Below, piece by piece: positions 43,421-56,761 of a DNA stretch of 64,000 bases. This DNA is from the human T2T-CHM13v2.0 reference genome, Homo sapiens. The stretch is from the NCBI RefSeq assembly GCF_009914755.1, contig NC_060942.1; one strand, written 5' to 3'. Position numbers and translations under genes: made by a program. The stretch's first letter is position 1. The number at the start of each line of letters is the position of its first letter. The notes beneath the pieces were generated by a model that saw only the letters and a list, made by a program, of their open reading frames with translations, did not search any database and was not told the origin of the DNA.

Positions 43421-44722
43421 GATTCTGATTAGGGGATTGAGTGTCAGTAATTACTCTATATCCACAGCCTTTAGGCCATGAAACAGATATTTTCATATGC
43501 CTGTAATCTTATCTCTTCGACATGAAGATTGATGATAAGATTTACAATATTAACTGTACTAATAAATAATGTTACATGGGCACTAGCAAAGGGAATTTCT
43601 TAGATTAAAAAATGAATTCAATAATTAAGATTTGCTGTTTAGCATTTTATGTTATTGAACATTGAAGTAAAAAAATTGTTTATATTTTCTTCCAAGTAAG
43701 TGATGGTGCTGCTCAATTTTTAAGTGCAATTTGGTAAAATAAGGCACTTAATTTATATTCTCACCAGATAAATGTTCTGAGTTTTCTAGATATACAAACA
43801 TTATCGATAAATATACCCACTCTAATTCAAATACAATGATAATATGGTGTGCTGGGTTTCACTCACAGATTGACTGATTATTATACTCAATTGAGCACTA
43901 ATTCTTGTACTCAATAGAGGATTGGTGTTACGTACATTTGACTTGTTCAGTTTTTAATACCAGAGATAGATATTTATAGAATCCATTTCTATTAATAATC
44001 CTGCCTTTAAGTTTAATGTATTTTATTAATCTTTGGGTCTAGAAGCATAATCCCATCTCCATTTGCATTCAGTGCTATATGCTATGTAACTATACATGAC
44101 TTCATCCACTCATATTCATGTGTGCTTAGGAAATCTGACTTTTTTTTTTTTTTTAGTCTTAAGAGGAATAGGAATATGTTGCTTTATTTTACAAAACATT
44201 CAATACTGGTTGATACAGTAACTTGTCTGAACCTGATTTTGTTTGTTTGTTTGTTTAATATAGCTGATCTTAGAAATTTAGTATAGGATGGTTTTGGTAA
44301 ATAAACCATTCGACTGTAGCAATGGACTAATGAGATAATTGAGGATAGGTGTAATAAGCAAGGGATCCCAGAAGGAGGCGTAATTGAATGTGGCTTCTTA
44401 GAGTCTTGCACAGGGAGGCATAGTTACTGCAGATTTCGCTCATGTGGAGTGAGGATTCCCTCAGTTTTGAAAATCTGTTCTTTGCACTTTCAGCAGAGGT
44501 GTATACATTTCTTTTGGTAAACCGACCGCCTGCTTTCCTATGTCTGACTGCATGGCTGCCCACACACCAAGCACAAGTAATGGAAACAAAATAATCTCAA
44601 CATATTTATGTTGCAAGATTCAATTGGGGGAATTCTAATTTCAAAAAGTATTACTCAACAAGTCCAGGGTCCAAGCAAATCTGAGATCCACTCCTACATA
44701 AACACATAACATGTAACACATG

Positions 44723-44723
<1 letters not shown>

Positions 44724-44756
<33 letters not shown>
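44724..44756. repeat. (CA)n microsatellite
   Basis: Directly visible. Confidence 0.97.
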
Positions 44757-44759
<3 letters not shown>

Positions 44760-46130
44760 CCTCCAAAAATATCCATCGTGATTTTCTAAATATAATTTCT
44801 CTTATAAGGCATACTTCCTTAATGAGTTAAGAAAAATAATTGAGAGTCAAGTAACTGAAGAAATTCAGTTACCTCAGGGCTCAGGCATCCCAGGTGCTCT
44901 GAGGCTGGCTGAGTAACAAATGGCTGCCGACCTCCTCCGAGGTGAGAGGATTTATTTCAGGCTTAAAGTAGCCTGAATCCTATGGAAGGAAATAGGATTG
45001 GAATGTTAAGAAACTGGAGTGGATGTTTTAAATCCTGAAATGTTTCTAAAAATGTGACTTTCTGACCCCTAGTTCTGGAAATGCTACCTAGTGTTCTGCC
45101 TTGGTCTTCTGCCACTGTGAATTGTTAGCCACGAGAAGGTGCTGGATGTCCCTGCATAGCCTGAACGTGCTCCCCAGGAGACTAGAGCCCTTGCCTACCA
45201 TTGCAGTGAATTCCTCAAGGGACTGGGAAGGAAGGTATCATGTCCTCTCTCTGTTTTGGGAAGCAGCCTTGGGGAAAGGGCCCTGGCAGAGAGGCCCTCA
45301 GGTGTCTGTGTAGGTGACAGGGCAGGGTTAGGTTTTGAGCAGGGCAGTGACAATGGTGGTGCTTATAAGCTTTTGGGCAATAACTAACCTATACCAACAT
45401 ATATTAACATCTATCAAATAAATTAGAGATTCATTTGCTAATCATAGGAAACATATCAAGACCAGACTCTATTTTAAATGAGTAAAAGTCACATGCAGAT
45501 TATGTAGGTTCACAAGGAGTTGGCAAAATAAAAGCAAGCTTGAACCTGACTACACATCTCCCGTAGCTCCAGGAAATACAATGAGCCCTCAAAGGCAGGC
45601 AACAGCCACGTTTCTTTTCAGCCTAGGTGGCACAAGCTGAGTGTGAACAGGGGGTGTGGATGGGTCCAGTGGCCTTTTCTTGGCCATGGGAGGAAGAGCC
45701 CTCTTGCTGGCTGGGCCCAGTAGAGACTCACCATTTATCCAAATTCCTCAGGCTACCATGAAAGGATGGCCAAAAAGCCCTCTCTTTTGGACCAGCTAGA
45801 CATTGTTCTGACTTAACAGGAGTGGCCAGGCTTTCATAGGCTGGGTTTCCCAGACGCAAGTAACATACTTCTCCTTTAAACATGCATTGCTGGAATCCAC
45901 CTTTATACTTTAAATGGGGAATTGGCGCCTCATTTCTAGTGGCTGTGTTACAATCAAGCTGCATAGCCAGCTTTATGTTTGAAGCCTTATTTAATTATCT
46001 GTCTCGAAACCAAAGAAAGCATAACAAAGTAGTATGTGATTAGACAGGCCAGGTCTCAGGAGGGGATCTTGGAAACCCCTAGCAAGAGCCCAACCTTGGT
46101 GATGTTACTGCTCTATAGGAGAGGATGGGG

Positions 46131-46623
46131 TGTCTTACTTTGCTTGGGCTGCTGTAACAAAATACCATGAACTGGGTGTCTTAAACAACAGACATTTATT
46201 TTCTCACAGCTGAGAGGCTGGAAGTACAAGATCAGGGTGGCACTATGGTTGGGTTCGGGTGGGAGCTCTCCTCCTGGTATGCAGACAGCTGCCTTCTCCC
46301 TATGGATTCACATGGCTTTTCTTCTCTGTGTATGAGAACAGAGAGGGAGGGAGGGAGGGAGGGAGAGATGGGGAGGGAAGGAAGGAGAGAAAGATGGGGA
46401 GGGAAGGAGAGAGGGAGAGGGAGGGAGGATGGAAAGAGACAGAGAGAGATTGAGATCTTTCTCTTCTTATAAGTCCACCAGCCGTCAGATTAAGACCTCA
46501 CCCTTATGAACCTCATTTAACCTTAATTACCTCCTAAAAGCCCTATCTGCAAATATTGTCATTTTGGAGGGTCAGACGTCAACATATAAATTTTGGGTGG
46601 AAGACATAATTAAGTCCATAGCA
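46131..46623 (-). mobile_element. MLT1A-like MaLR solo LTR with GA-rich expansion
   Basis: tgtcttactttgcttgggctgctgtaacaaaataccatg...cctcatttaaccttaattacctcc...gtccatagca. Confidence 0.88.
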
Positions 46624-48294
46624 ATGGGGAAGCTATGTTTCAATTTATTGTGTTTTAGAAAGGTAAAAACACTTTTTAAAGTACCAGTTTTCATTACCTT
46701 AACTTACCATTGAATATTACATTAAATCTAATTAGAATCATAAAGTTTCAGTTCCTATAAATATTATTTCTACACATGCACACCTTGAAAAGATGCTAAC
46801 TCTTTTAAAAGTTATTCACATTTTACATCAGCAGAAAATGACAGTATTTTCTCTTTAAAAAATATTTTTAAGGCAACCACAAAATGCAGGTGTAGTTGCA
46901 ACTAAATAGGATGACTGGTGTATGGAAAGACTGATTTCACAGGTGATTCCAGGCAGCCTCATACAGAGTTTTTTCCTAAGGTTTTTATTCTGTTACTACC
47001 ACCCATTACAAATATGAGAAGTACAGAAGGTAAAAGATAAGTAAATGTGGTTTATTCTGGATTTTTAACCAATAAAATTTTTTGCTACATACAGAGGGAG
47101 AAAGCTCTTTAGCGTCTTACATACGGAGTGTCAATAATCCTCATGCAGTCTAGATGACATATTTTAGACTACTGTTATCAAATTGAGTGATTTAGGATAA
47201 AGTCTGGACAAGCCGTAGTGGTGTTTTTTGAAGCTGGTCTTACTCTCTTACAATCTGTTCCTCATCAACTAAGGCTTAAAAAATCCTTTGGATGTATTAA
47301 AAATTCTTACCTTCCCTACCAATAGGAGTTTGGGAATACGTGATAATCAAAGTAGGATGCAGATATAAAACTACCCTCATGCTATGTTTATCCAAATAGA
47401 AAATGGCAAGTTACCGTTACTAATATCCTGTTTCTTTTTCTTTGTGTTGACTCAGGAGAGTTAAATGTGCTGTAAATCAGGAGACTGATGTAGACTGTCA
47501 GTCTTTCCTCTGAGTCACATTCTGTCAGCCACCATTTGCATTCATCAAAAAGGGTCTTGATGCTAAGAGCAGAGATCCCATCTTGAATTCTGCAAAGAAC
47601 AAAGTAAACATAAATTTCAAATGTAGAGTCATGATTTTAAAATGGTCAGCATGTGCTGCCACAGAGAAGAAAATTGCTTTTCAAAATGGTAAAATATAGA
47701 TATTATTGACATATCTGTCTCCATCAGCATTTATTGGAGAACAGAAAAAAGATTTCAAATACCTATAGCTGAGATGTTATGTGAACAAAAGTTAAAGTGC
47801 AGGAAAAGAACAAAACAAAATCTATTGTCATCTAACTCTCTATCCTTTATAGCATCTGAGAAATAGATTTCCCCTAGTACAATAAATTGCTTCAAAATGG
47901 CTAAAGTAACTTTGCTTATTAGGCACTTTTGGGAGTCTTACATTATAACTTAGCCAATTTACAATTATTCTGAGGCTAATGGTTTTCCAGATATAATTAC
48001 CATTCATGACTGCTCTTTGCTTATTCCTTTCCTTTTTTTCTGTTCTGCATTTTGTTCATTCTTTTCACCCTTCTACCAGGTGCTCCGTGGGAAGGGAGAG
48101 AGGCAAAGAAAGCAGACCCCAACATCTAGCAAAGAATCTTTCATGTAATGACTCTTAGTAAAGTTGCTGTCATGAAAAGATAGCCCCTCAATGGGAGCTA
48201 TTGGACTTGGTCAGGAAGACATTTTACATTACTGACAAAAATGAGATTTTAAACATATATTTAAATAATCTTTGTGCTTATCATTTTATAAACC

Positions 48295-48537
48295 CGTGTT
48301 GTCTGATGCAGTAGCCAATAGCCACATTGGCTATTTTAATTTTAATTTATGTTAAATCAAATAAACATTTCAATTTTGAGCCTCACCAGCCACGTTTTAA
48401 TTGCAGAATAATATTTAATGCTTCTAAATTGTATTTCTAAATATTTACATATTTGAAAAATACTCATAAAATACCCTGTCAGTCATATTATTATAGAATA
48501 TTTTCATCATCATACAAAGTTCTATTGGATAGTACTA
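48295..48537. mobile_element. MER3/MER33-like hAT-Charlie remnant
   Basis: gtagccaatagccacattggctattt...atagaatattttcatcatcatacaaagttctattggatagtact. Confidence 0.7.
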
Positions 48538-48793
48538 AATAGATTAAAAGTTGATCTGTGTATACAAAGTTCTTACGAGTATTTCTGGTGTAAATGTATA
48601 CATAAAGATTTATGTCCACAGGTGACTGAAAGAAAACATGGAGAGTGGTATAATACCAACATTTGTTTTAAAAGCTTTTATGATTTTTTGTTGCCCTGTG
48701 TCACAAGAAAAATTATAAAATTTTTTTAAACAAATTGTATCATCAGTGAGAAGGGGTTATAACATGGTGTCACTCACCCAAAGTCACTGAAAC

Positions 48794-49267
48794 TGAGGTA
48801 GGAGGCAGGACTTGACTCCAGAGGTGGGACTCAAGACACCAGACCAGATTGAGGAGTACCTAAAACAGGGCCAGGGCAGAAGCAGCTTTCCAATCAGACA
48901 CACCTAGCAGTGTGCCATGTCAATTTATCATTGCCATGGCAACACCTGGGAGTTACTACCCCATTCCTTAGTGATGACCCAATGAACCAAAAGCTACGAC
49001 CCCTTCCCTAGAAATTTCTGCATAAACCACCCCTTAACCTGCATGCAATTAAAAGTGGGTATAATTATGACTGCAAAACTGCCCTGAGCTGCTACTCTCT
49101 GCCCATGGGGTAGCCCTGCTCTGTAGGAACAGTCACAGAGTTGTAACACTGCCTCTTTAATAAAGCTGTTTTCTTCTACCTCTGGTTTGCTCTTGAATTC
49201 CCTCCTGGGCAAGTCCAAGAACGCTTGTAGACCAAGCCTTACTTTGGGGCTTGCCTTCCCTGAATCA
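48794..49267 (+). mobile_element. ERV1 solo LTR (MER41/MER66 group)
   Basis: tgaggtaggaggcagg...aataaa...ccctgaatca; perfect 4-bp TSD aaac (48790-48793, 49268-49271). Confidence 0.85.
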
Positions 49268-49591
49268 AAACTGTAACAGGGCAGCTCATACCTGAGCCAC
49301 TACGTTAAAATTAAGAACACAATGATGTGTTTCTTCGGAAGAAATGCAGTGGGAGTCTCCATGAAAAAGTCATAGTCCAGCTCAAATAGTTACACTGGAT
49401 GATGGTACACCCATCCTTCTTTCCCTCACCACTGAAGATGGCTAAGCCAGGATTCTGCAGCCCAACCCCGAAAGACTCACACCGTTCCTCTCTAGAAAGG
49501 AGGAACTCAGCTCCCTGCACTGTTCTGGCCATGACTCCTGATGGACCCAAAATGCTGCTTTATCTGTTTTAATAGGAATTGTAATGCTATG

Positions 49592-49754
49592 GTTGTGCAC
49601 CACGGATGGAGAACTATGTCCCTGTTTTCTTAAAGTCAACAGGAAACATTACTGTACCTTAAGAGAGGATGTAGTTGTGTGCCAAGGCTGCAGAGCTATG
49701 TCTCTCTTTGGACAGTCAACAGAAAACATTATTGAACTTTAAGAGAGGATATAG
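49592..49754. repeat. Diverged ~80-bp tandem duplication (2 copies)
   Basis: gtcaacaggaaacattactgtaccttaagagaggatgtag (49635) vs gtcaacagaaaacattattgaactttaagagaggatatag (49715); upstream parts also align. Confidence 0.85.
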
Positions 49755-49828
49755 AAAGTACTGTAGCATGGCTTCTTGAGACCCTGAGTGTTCCAGCAGG
49801 TAGTGAACAAGAATTTCTTTCATGTAAG

Positions 49829-50963
49829 TGATGTGGTTTGGCTCTGTGTCCCCACCCAAATCTCATGTCAAATTGTATCCCCAGTGTTGGAGCAGGGGCC
49901 TGGTGGGAGGTGATTGAATCATGGGGGTGGAATTCACCTTTGCTGTTCTCATGATAGAGTTCTCTTGAGATTTGGTTGTTTGAAAGTGTGTAGCACTTCC
50001 CCCTTCTTTCTTTCTTCCTCTTGCTCTGCCCATGTGAAGAGGAGCCATGCTTCCTCTTCACCTCTTGCCGTGATTCTAAGTTTCCTGAGACCTCCCCAGC
50101 CATGTGGAACTGTGAATCAATTAAACTTCTTTTCTTCATAAATTACCCAGTCTCAGGTAGTTTCTTATAGCAATGTGAGAAGGAACTTGTCAATGAAAAG
50201 AGTCAAACTCTGTAAAATATTTGAAGAGATTTATTCTGAGCCAAATATGAGTGACCATGGCCCATGAAACAGCCCTCAGGAGATCCTGAGAATGTGTATC
50301 CAAGGTGCTCGGGGCACAGTTTGGTTTTATACATTTTAGGGACGCATGAGACATCAATGAAATACATTTAGGAAATACATTGGTTTGGTCCAGAAAGGTG
50401 GGACAACTCAAAGTGGGGGCTTCCAGGCTACAGGTAAATTTAACATTTGCTGGTTGACAATTGATTGAGTTTGTCTAAAGACCTGGGATCATAGAAAGGA
50501 AATGTTCAGGTTAAGATAAAGGATTGTGGAGACCAAGGTTCTTTTGAAGTCTTAGAGTGGCTGCCCTTAGAGACAACAGATGACAAATATTTCCTATTCA
50601 TATTTTTAAAGGGGGCTAGACTTTTAGTTAATCTCTTTAGGATTTGGAGGGCCTGGAAGAAAAAGATCTAGCTATGTTAATAGAGATTCCTTACAGATGC
50701 AAATTTTCCCCCACAAAGGACCGCTTTGCAGGGACATTTCAAGATATGGTAAAGAAACGTATCTTGGGGTAAAATATTTTTATTTTCTTCCTTGTCTTGT
50801 AATGTTATGCCAGAGCCAGGTTGGAAAGTAAGTCACAATATATAGGGTTAAAGAAAACCTGTCTGATGAGAATTTATGATTTGTGGGGCATGATTCCCCA
50901 GACCCCCTAGATAGGAATTTGGGTAAGATAAAAAGATCAGAGTTTAGTCCTCAAACTAATACA
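49829..50963 (+). mobile_element. MSTA-like solo LTR interrupted near its 3' end
   Basis: tgatgtggtttggctctgtgtccccacccaaatctcatg...; terminal actaataca displaced to 50955-50963; TSD gtaag/ataag. Confidence 0.9.
50188..50953 (-). mobile_element. MER4A-like ERV1 solo LTR
   Basis: tgtcaatgaaaagagtcaaactctg...gagtttagtcctca; perfect 4-bp TSD aact (50184-50187, 50954-50957). Confidence 0.9.
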
Positions 50964-52399
50964 ATAAGTTTCTACTTTCTCTCCAAGTATATCCTGTTTC
51001 TGAGTGGCAGGTGAAAGTTGTGTTTCCCTTCAACCACAGCACCTGGCCCAGAACCAGCCTTACCTGCTATCCACTGGTCTCTGGGTCTCTCTTTTTATGC
51101 CAATCTCCATCCCTTTCCTTAAATTCTTCCTCAGGATTCCCCTGAGTTACCCTGGAATCTGAATTCAGTTTACCCTTCCAAACCAAGAAATGCTGTTTAT
51201 ATCTGTGTTGTGATTACAAATAAGGTTCAAGTTTCTGCCTTCCACCCTCAAACATAAAGAAGGCTCACAGTATTCACCTGTGACCATGGACCTGCTCCAG
51301 CTGAGGAAGCCAAGAGATTTGTTTCTTTTCCCCTCCCTCCCTTCCTCCTTCCTTTCCTGCTTTCTAAAATCATAATGTGTAACTTTTCCATGAAGGGAGC
51401 AGGAATTCACTCAATCCTACTCAATCATCTCTTCCAGGCCATGTGCTTTTTTCCCTTGATTTTCAGTTTTGGAAGAACTATTTATGTGTAAATAGCATCC
51501 TTTCTATCTGAATCTTCCATAATTAACCATCTTTTGTTAACTGTTCCAATAGACAACTAATTTATCTGAAAATAAATTATTAAATTACATTGTATTCCAG
51601 CTTTAAAACAAGCATTGCAAATACTTTCAAATTAGATAATTTCTTTCGATATTAGGAGCTAAATAAAATCAAAACTGCCCACCAGATTTAAACTATTCAG
51701 AAATGCACTAAAAGAAAGCCAAAGATAGATTATAATAACTTGAGGCTCTTGAAAAATATTTGCCATTGGTAGAATATCAAATGAAACATTTTGAAAAAAC
51801 ATACTGAGAAATTGGAAATGTTTTGCATGTCTCTTAGAAACACACGCCAATGTAAGCCATGAAGCAGATATCTTTTTTATCTTCTTTTACTTAAACATAC
51901 AGCTGATGTTGAAAAATTAAACATTTTATTTTTTTATTTTAATTTTTATCTCATATCATCTAAATCAGTCATATATTTATAACAAGCCAAAATGCTTTTC
52001 AGTATTTTCCTGTTACCATAACCACATGAATTATGAATTTGCCTTTGGAAAGATGTCTTTCTTTCCCTTAGGGTGAGTTTTATTCGATCATTAGAAACAG
52101 ATGAGTTCCATTTAAATGATAAAGTTTCTCTACAAGTAAAGACAAAGTTACAGAATTCTTTCCATTGTTTATTTCCTTAATTTCTCAAAAAAATGTTGGT
52201 AAGTTATAAAAATGAAAACCAAGAGATTATTTTTAAAATGTTTTAAAATCATATAGCTCTCAGCATTATAATATCTTATTAGGAAATATTTCCCTTCTTC
52301 TTGTTAGCAAAAACATATATTTTTAAAATTCCCTATTGTTCCACCACTCCAACATATCAACTGTCTCCACTATATATTTTTAAAATTTTAATTAATATG

Positions 52400-53790
52400 C
52401 CTATACATATTCTAATCAACTATTTTTAGAATAGTTTTAGATTTTATAGAAATTTTGAGAAGATGGTAAAGAGGGTTATCGTACACCTCTCACCCTGTTT
52501 CCCTATTATTAACATCTTACATTAGTATGGTATATTTGTTATGGCTAATAAACTAATAGTCATATATTATTATTAACTAAAAGTCCACAGTTTATTCAGA
52601 TTGTCTTTCTTTTTGCCTAATGTTCTTTTTCTGTCCCAGGAGCCCATCCTGGGTACCACATAACACTTACTTATGCCTTCCTTGGCCCCTCTTGACTGTG
52701 ATATTTTTTCAGACTTATCCTCTATGATAACCTTGACAGTTTTGAGAAATGGTGGTCAGATATTTGTAGAATGCCCCACTATTGGAATTTGCCTGGGGTT
52801 GTAAGTTATGGGAAGGAAGGCTACAGAAGTAAACTACCGTTTTCATCAAATTATATGAAGGCTATGTATTATCAACATGAATTATGACTGTTGACATTAA
52901 CCTTGGTCGTCTAGTTAAGGGCGTGTTTGTCCTATTTCTCCATGTTTTTTGCCTCCTTTCCCTTACTGTACTCATCGGAAGAAAGTCACTAAATGCAGCC
53001 AACATTTAAGGACTGGGGATTGATACTTCCTGTCCTGGGTGGCAGAGTATCTACATAAATTGTTTGGAATTATTCTGCATGGGATATTTGCTAATTCTTT
53101 CCCATTGGTAGTTTACTCAATAATGTATGCATATCATTATGGACTCATGAATATTTTCTTTGTCCTTTGGGTTACAATTCAGTGCCACTTTGCTTATTTT
53201 GGTGCCCAAAGTGTCTCAGGTTAGGCTACTGGGAACTCTTTCAGGAGGCTTCTGGTTCCTTTGACATACCCCTATAAGTGTATATGTTATTTTTCTTTTG
53301 AGCCCTTTCTTACTTTCTGGCACTATCAGGTACTCTAAGTTCATCTTGTGTATTTCTTGTCTCTGTCCTGGAATCAGATAACTCTTCAAGGATCCCCGAT
53401 TTATTTTACTGAAGAATGGGATCTTAGAGGCTAATATTTGGGAAATTGGTGTGCTTGTGACTACGGTTATCATTATTTATAGGGCTGCCTAGATGACAGA
53501 GCAAGTAACTAAATGTGTGTATAATAAACCAAATATATACATATACATCTCTAAAAATATCTTCATATGTAACCATCTATACCTATATTAAGCTAAACAT
53601 GAGTACATATGAATGTATCCAACTTTAATCAATTACTACCTGGAATACTCTACCCTCCTCCACTATGTCTTTGTAAATTCCCATTCCAGCAGTGAGAAAT
53701 CTGTCTCCCATCGTCCATTACCTGTATATTTAATTGTTCAATTCCAGTCTATATGTGTAGCAGTACCAACATTTTGAACCTGAACCCCTG
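52400..53790 (-). mobile_element. L1MC 3' UTR fragment
   Basis: ttttagaatagttttagattt...attaacatcttacattagtatggtatatttgtta...ttattaactaaaagtccacagtttattcagatt, typical of the antisense L1MC 3' end. Confidence 0.8.
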
Positions 53791-54465
53791 TTGCCTATAT
53801 ATTTTTGAATGATAAGAACAATAGGGTACATGTAGTTTTGCATCCTGGCTTTTTAATCAAAAATTGACCCTAAAGTTAAGCTAAGGATCCCCAGAAATCT
53901 TTGGGTATGTGAGTCTTATTCCTCTTCTGCAGTTCTGGGCTCAGGAATGTGTTGGACAAAGCCTTGGATGACTGGAGAGGCTGAGAGTGTTGAACGAGAA
54001 GTTTAATTACATCTAAGTGAACTTCATCACCCTGTAGTTCCAAAATCATGCTGTGCATTGTGTAATTGTGAAGTAGATGTGGTGGATCTAGCCCAGGTCA
54101 GGGGATCTCAAAAAATATCTAGGTTTGGGCTCATGTAGAGCTTCTCTGTTCTGAGAGATAAGGCCTTCAGAATTTCTGATGCAATGTTCTCAGTCTAGAT
54201 TTTATCATCCATTTTGTGAGCCACTGGTGAGGTTTGGGGGGGCCGGGAAGTTTACATCACCCTATAAGACTGTTGCTGATCTCTCTGCTACGTGTCCTGA
54301 GCCCAGAACTGCAGAAGAGGAATAAGACTCACTTACCCAAAGATTTCTGGGGATCCTTAGCTTAACTTTAGGGTCAATCTTTGATTAAAAAGCCAGGATG
54401 CAAAACTACATGTACCCTATTGTTCTTATCATGCAAATATATATAGGCAACAGGGGTTCAGGTTC
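53776..54465. repeat. 171-bp inverted repeat (arms 53776-53946 and 54295-54465; 348-bp spacer)
   Basis: Manual reverse-complement alignment: 167/171 identical, no indels, sharp ends. Confidence 0.97.
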
Positions 54466-54949
54466 TTTCTATATTATCTAGATAGATAAGTAAACTTTGT
54501 TTAGTTTACACAATATTGTCCATGTCTGGTCTTTCTGCTTCTATTGACACCTGTCAATACTGGTATTCGTGGTATAGATATAGTTATGTCACTATAGGAT
54601 GGGGCAATAAAAAATTGAAGTATGATGTTCTCTTACATGTGTGCATTATAAGTCATTTAACATTTTCTCTATTTTTGATCACTTAGGTATTTGTCCATTT
54701 TGAAAAAAATTATCAGGCTTAAAATTGGCCCCTTGTTGGCCTTCTTACCAAATGTCATATGATTCTCTCATCAGCAGCATCACTGACCAGATTTTAAAGA
54801 GACTATCCCTGAAAGAAAAATGCTCCATTTAGAAAGCCTGAGACTAATCATCCCCATCACAGGAACATTATGACCCTCCCTCTTCTTTACGTGTTCTTAT
54901 TTTTTGTGTACACAATTGTTTCCACTCTCAGAAGTTTTTACCATCCTCT

Positions 54950-55060
54950 GATGACAGAAATAATGTCTTATTCAAGTTTATCAAGCCTGTGTTCTCCCAT
55001 GACTTTGCAAAATGCTTCCTGTATGGTAGGTACTCAAAAAATGTTTATTAAATGGAATAT
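54950..55060 (+). mobile_element. L2 3' end fragment
   Basis: atggtaggtactcaaaaaatgtttattaaatggaat. Confidence 0.6.
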
Positions 55061-56452
55061 TAAAGGTAATCAGAGCAATGCTATTGTCCTAATAACCTCA
55101 AATAGTCCCATATCCAACCTTTCTCCCCGAGAAGCTTTTCAGGACTTCTCCAGTCCACATGGCTCTCTCTCTTTCCAACACTCTGTCAGCATTTTACAAC
55201 TCCGCTTCATAAATGCTATCTAATACTTCATGAGTATTAGATTTTCAGCTTATCCAGGGCACAGCCTCTGCCACATTTTTCCCCTTTGGAGTCCTTATAA
55301 GTGTCTGCCATGGCGCTCTCCTTATAGTGTAAGTCAATAGAACTTATAGGTTGCTTACTAACCTGGACTCCAGCAGATTTTTACTGAGTCAAAATGACAA
55401 TCAAAATGTTCATGTTGAACAAATGAAAAATATGTCTAATAGGTGAGAAAAAAATCAGATAAAGTATACTCAAGCTGATTGTTGCTCATTGTTTTGGCCA
55501 TTTACTTGTAAGCCTTTGGGGGAAAATCATTAGCAATTTCAACAATGTAAGGTGTATTATTTTGTTTGTTTCAAGAATAAGCAAAGCAGAACCTTTTTTT
55601 TTTTAAACAACAACCAAAAGAAAAACCCATATAGATTGACACAGAAAGTTCTCTGATATTACAAAGTACCAGAAAAATATATTGGAAACCTTCAGCTACA
55701 GCAAGCAACAATTTATAAGTGCCATTTCTTTCATCTTATTTGACAGACTATCTCAACAGACACAGTTATTTAGTCAGCCAGTCTAGAAAGTTGTTAAAAG
55801 TATGGCAGCCATCCTGCTTACTTTAAATTTATTTTTATACAGTCTGAAACCAGACATTGCTATATACTTTGATATATAGGAAATAATTTATTTATAATAA
55901 GTGATTTATCATCATCTTTGCCTTAATCATTTTGAAGAAGATTAAGATCAAATTATTCCAAATCATTTTAAGGGTCTAGCCAAATGGCAACATTTGCATT
56001 CCAATTAGTCCTGAGGTGTACAAAGAGTTTTTGAGGGGACAAAAATTGTACGGTATTACGTGTGAAGCCAAGTTTATTATTATGGTTCTTTTGTAAAGAG
56101 TATTTGCTTGAAAGAAACATAAACCCAATCAAGCTAAGTCAAATAAAGAGGAGTTAATGAAATGAGAGATGCACATCATAGCCCAGCATCCTGAGATCCA
56201 GAACTGGAGAAAAAGTGGCACTGGGGATTCTTAGCTACTTCCAGTAACAGTTTCTCTTTTAATTCAAACTTGTTTGATTGCAAGGAGCAAAAATCTCCTG
56301 AAACCAGTGTAAAAAAGAGGGCTTCTTTTATTTATTTTTTTAATCAATACACATTTCTTAGTTTATCAGATTTTTATGATTTTTAATACCTCTGCTGATA
56401 ACTTCTTAATTCATTACTTTATTGGCCAGTCTTTCTCCTTTCTCTGATCACT

Positions 56453-56761
56453 ATATATATTTTTTTTTTTTTTTTTTTGAGATGGAGTTTCACTCTTGTT
56501 GCCCAGGTTGGAGGGCAGTGGCACAATTTCGGCTCACTGCAACCTCCACCTCCTGGGTTAAAGTGATTCTCCTGCCTCAGCCTTCCAAGTACCTAGGATT
56601 ACAGGCACGTGCCACCATGCCTGGCTAATTTTTGTGTTTTTAGTAGGGATTGGGTTTCGTCATGTTGGTCAGGCTGGTCTCAAACTCCTGACCTGAGGTG
56701 ATCCACCCACCTTGGCTTCCCAAAGTGGTGGGATTACAGGCATGAGCCACCAGGCCCGGCC
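56453..56761 (-). mobile_element. AluSq/Sp SINE
   Basis: gagtttcactcttgttgcccagg diagnostic; TSD tctctgatcact (56441-56452) / tctcttatcact (56762-56773). Confidence 0.95.

Noticed and set aside
46341-46450. G/A-rich tract as a G-quadruplex or triplex element
   Set aside because: Expansion of the GA-rich segment usual in MLT1A LTRs, as also at 26468-26588.
53776-54465. Inverted repeat as a MITE or a miRNA precursor
   Set aside because: No TSD or recognisable TIR end motif; 348-bp loop and 171-bp stem do not fit pre-miRNA geometry. Kept as an unexplained inverted duplication.
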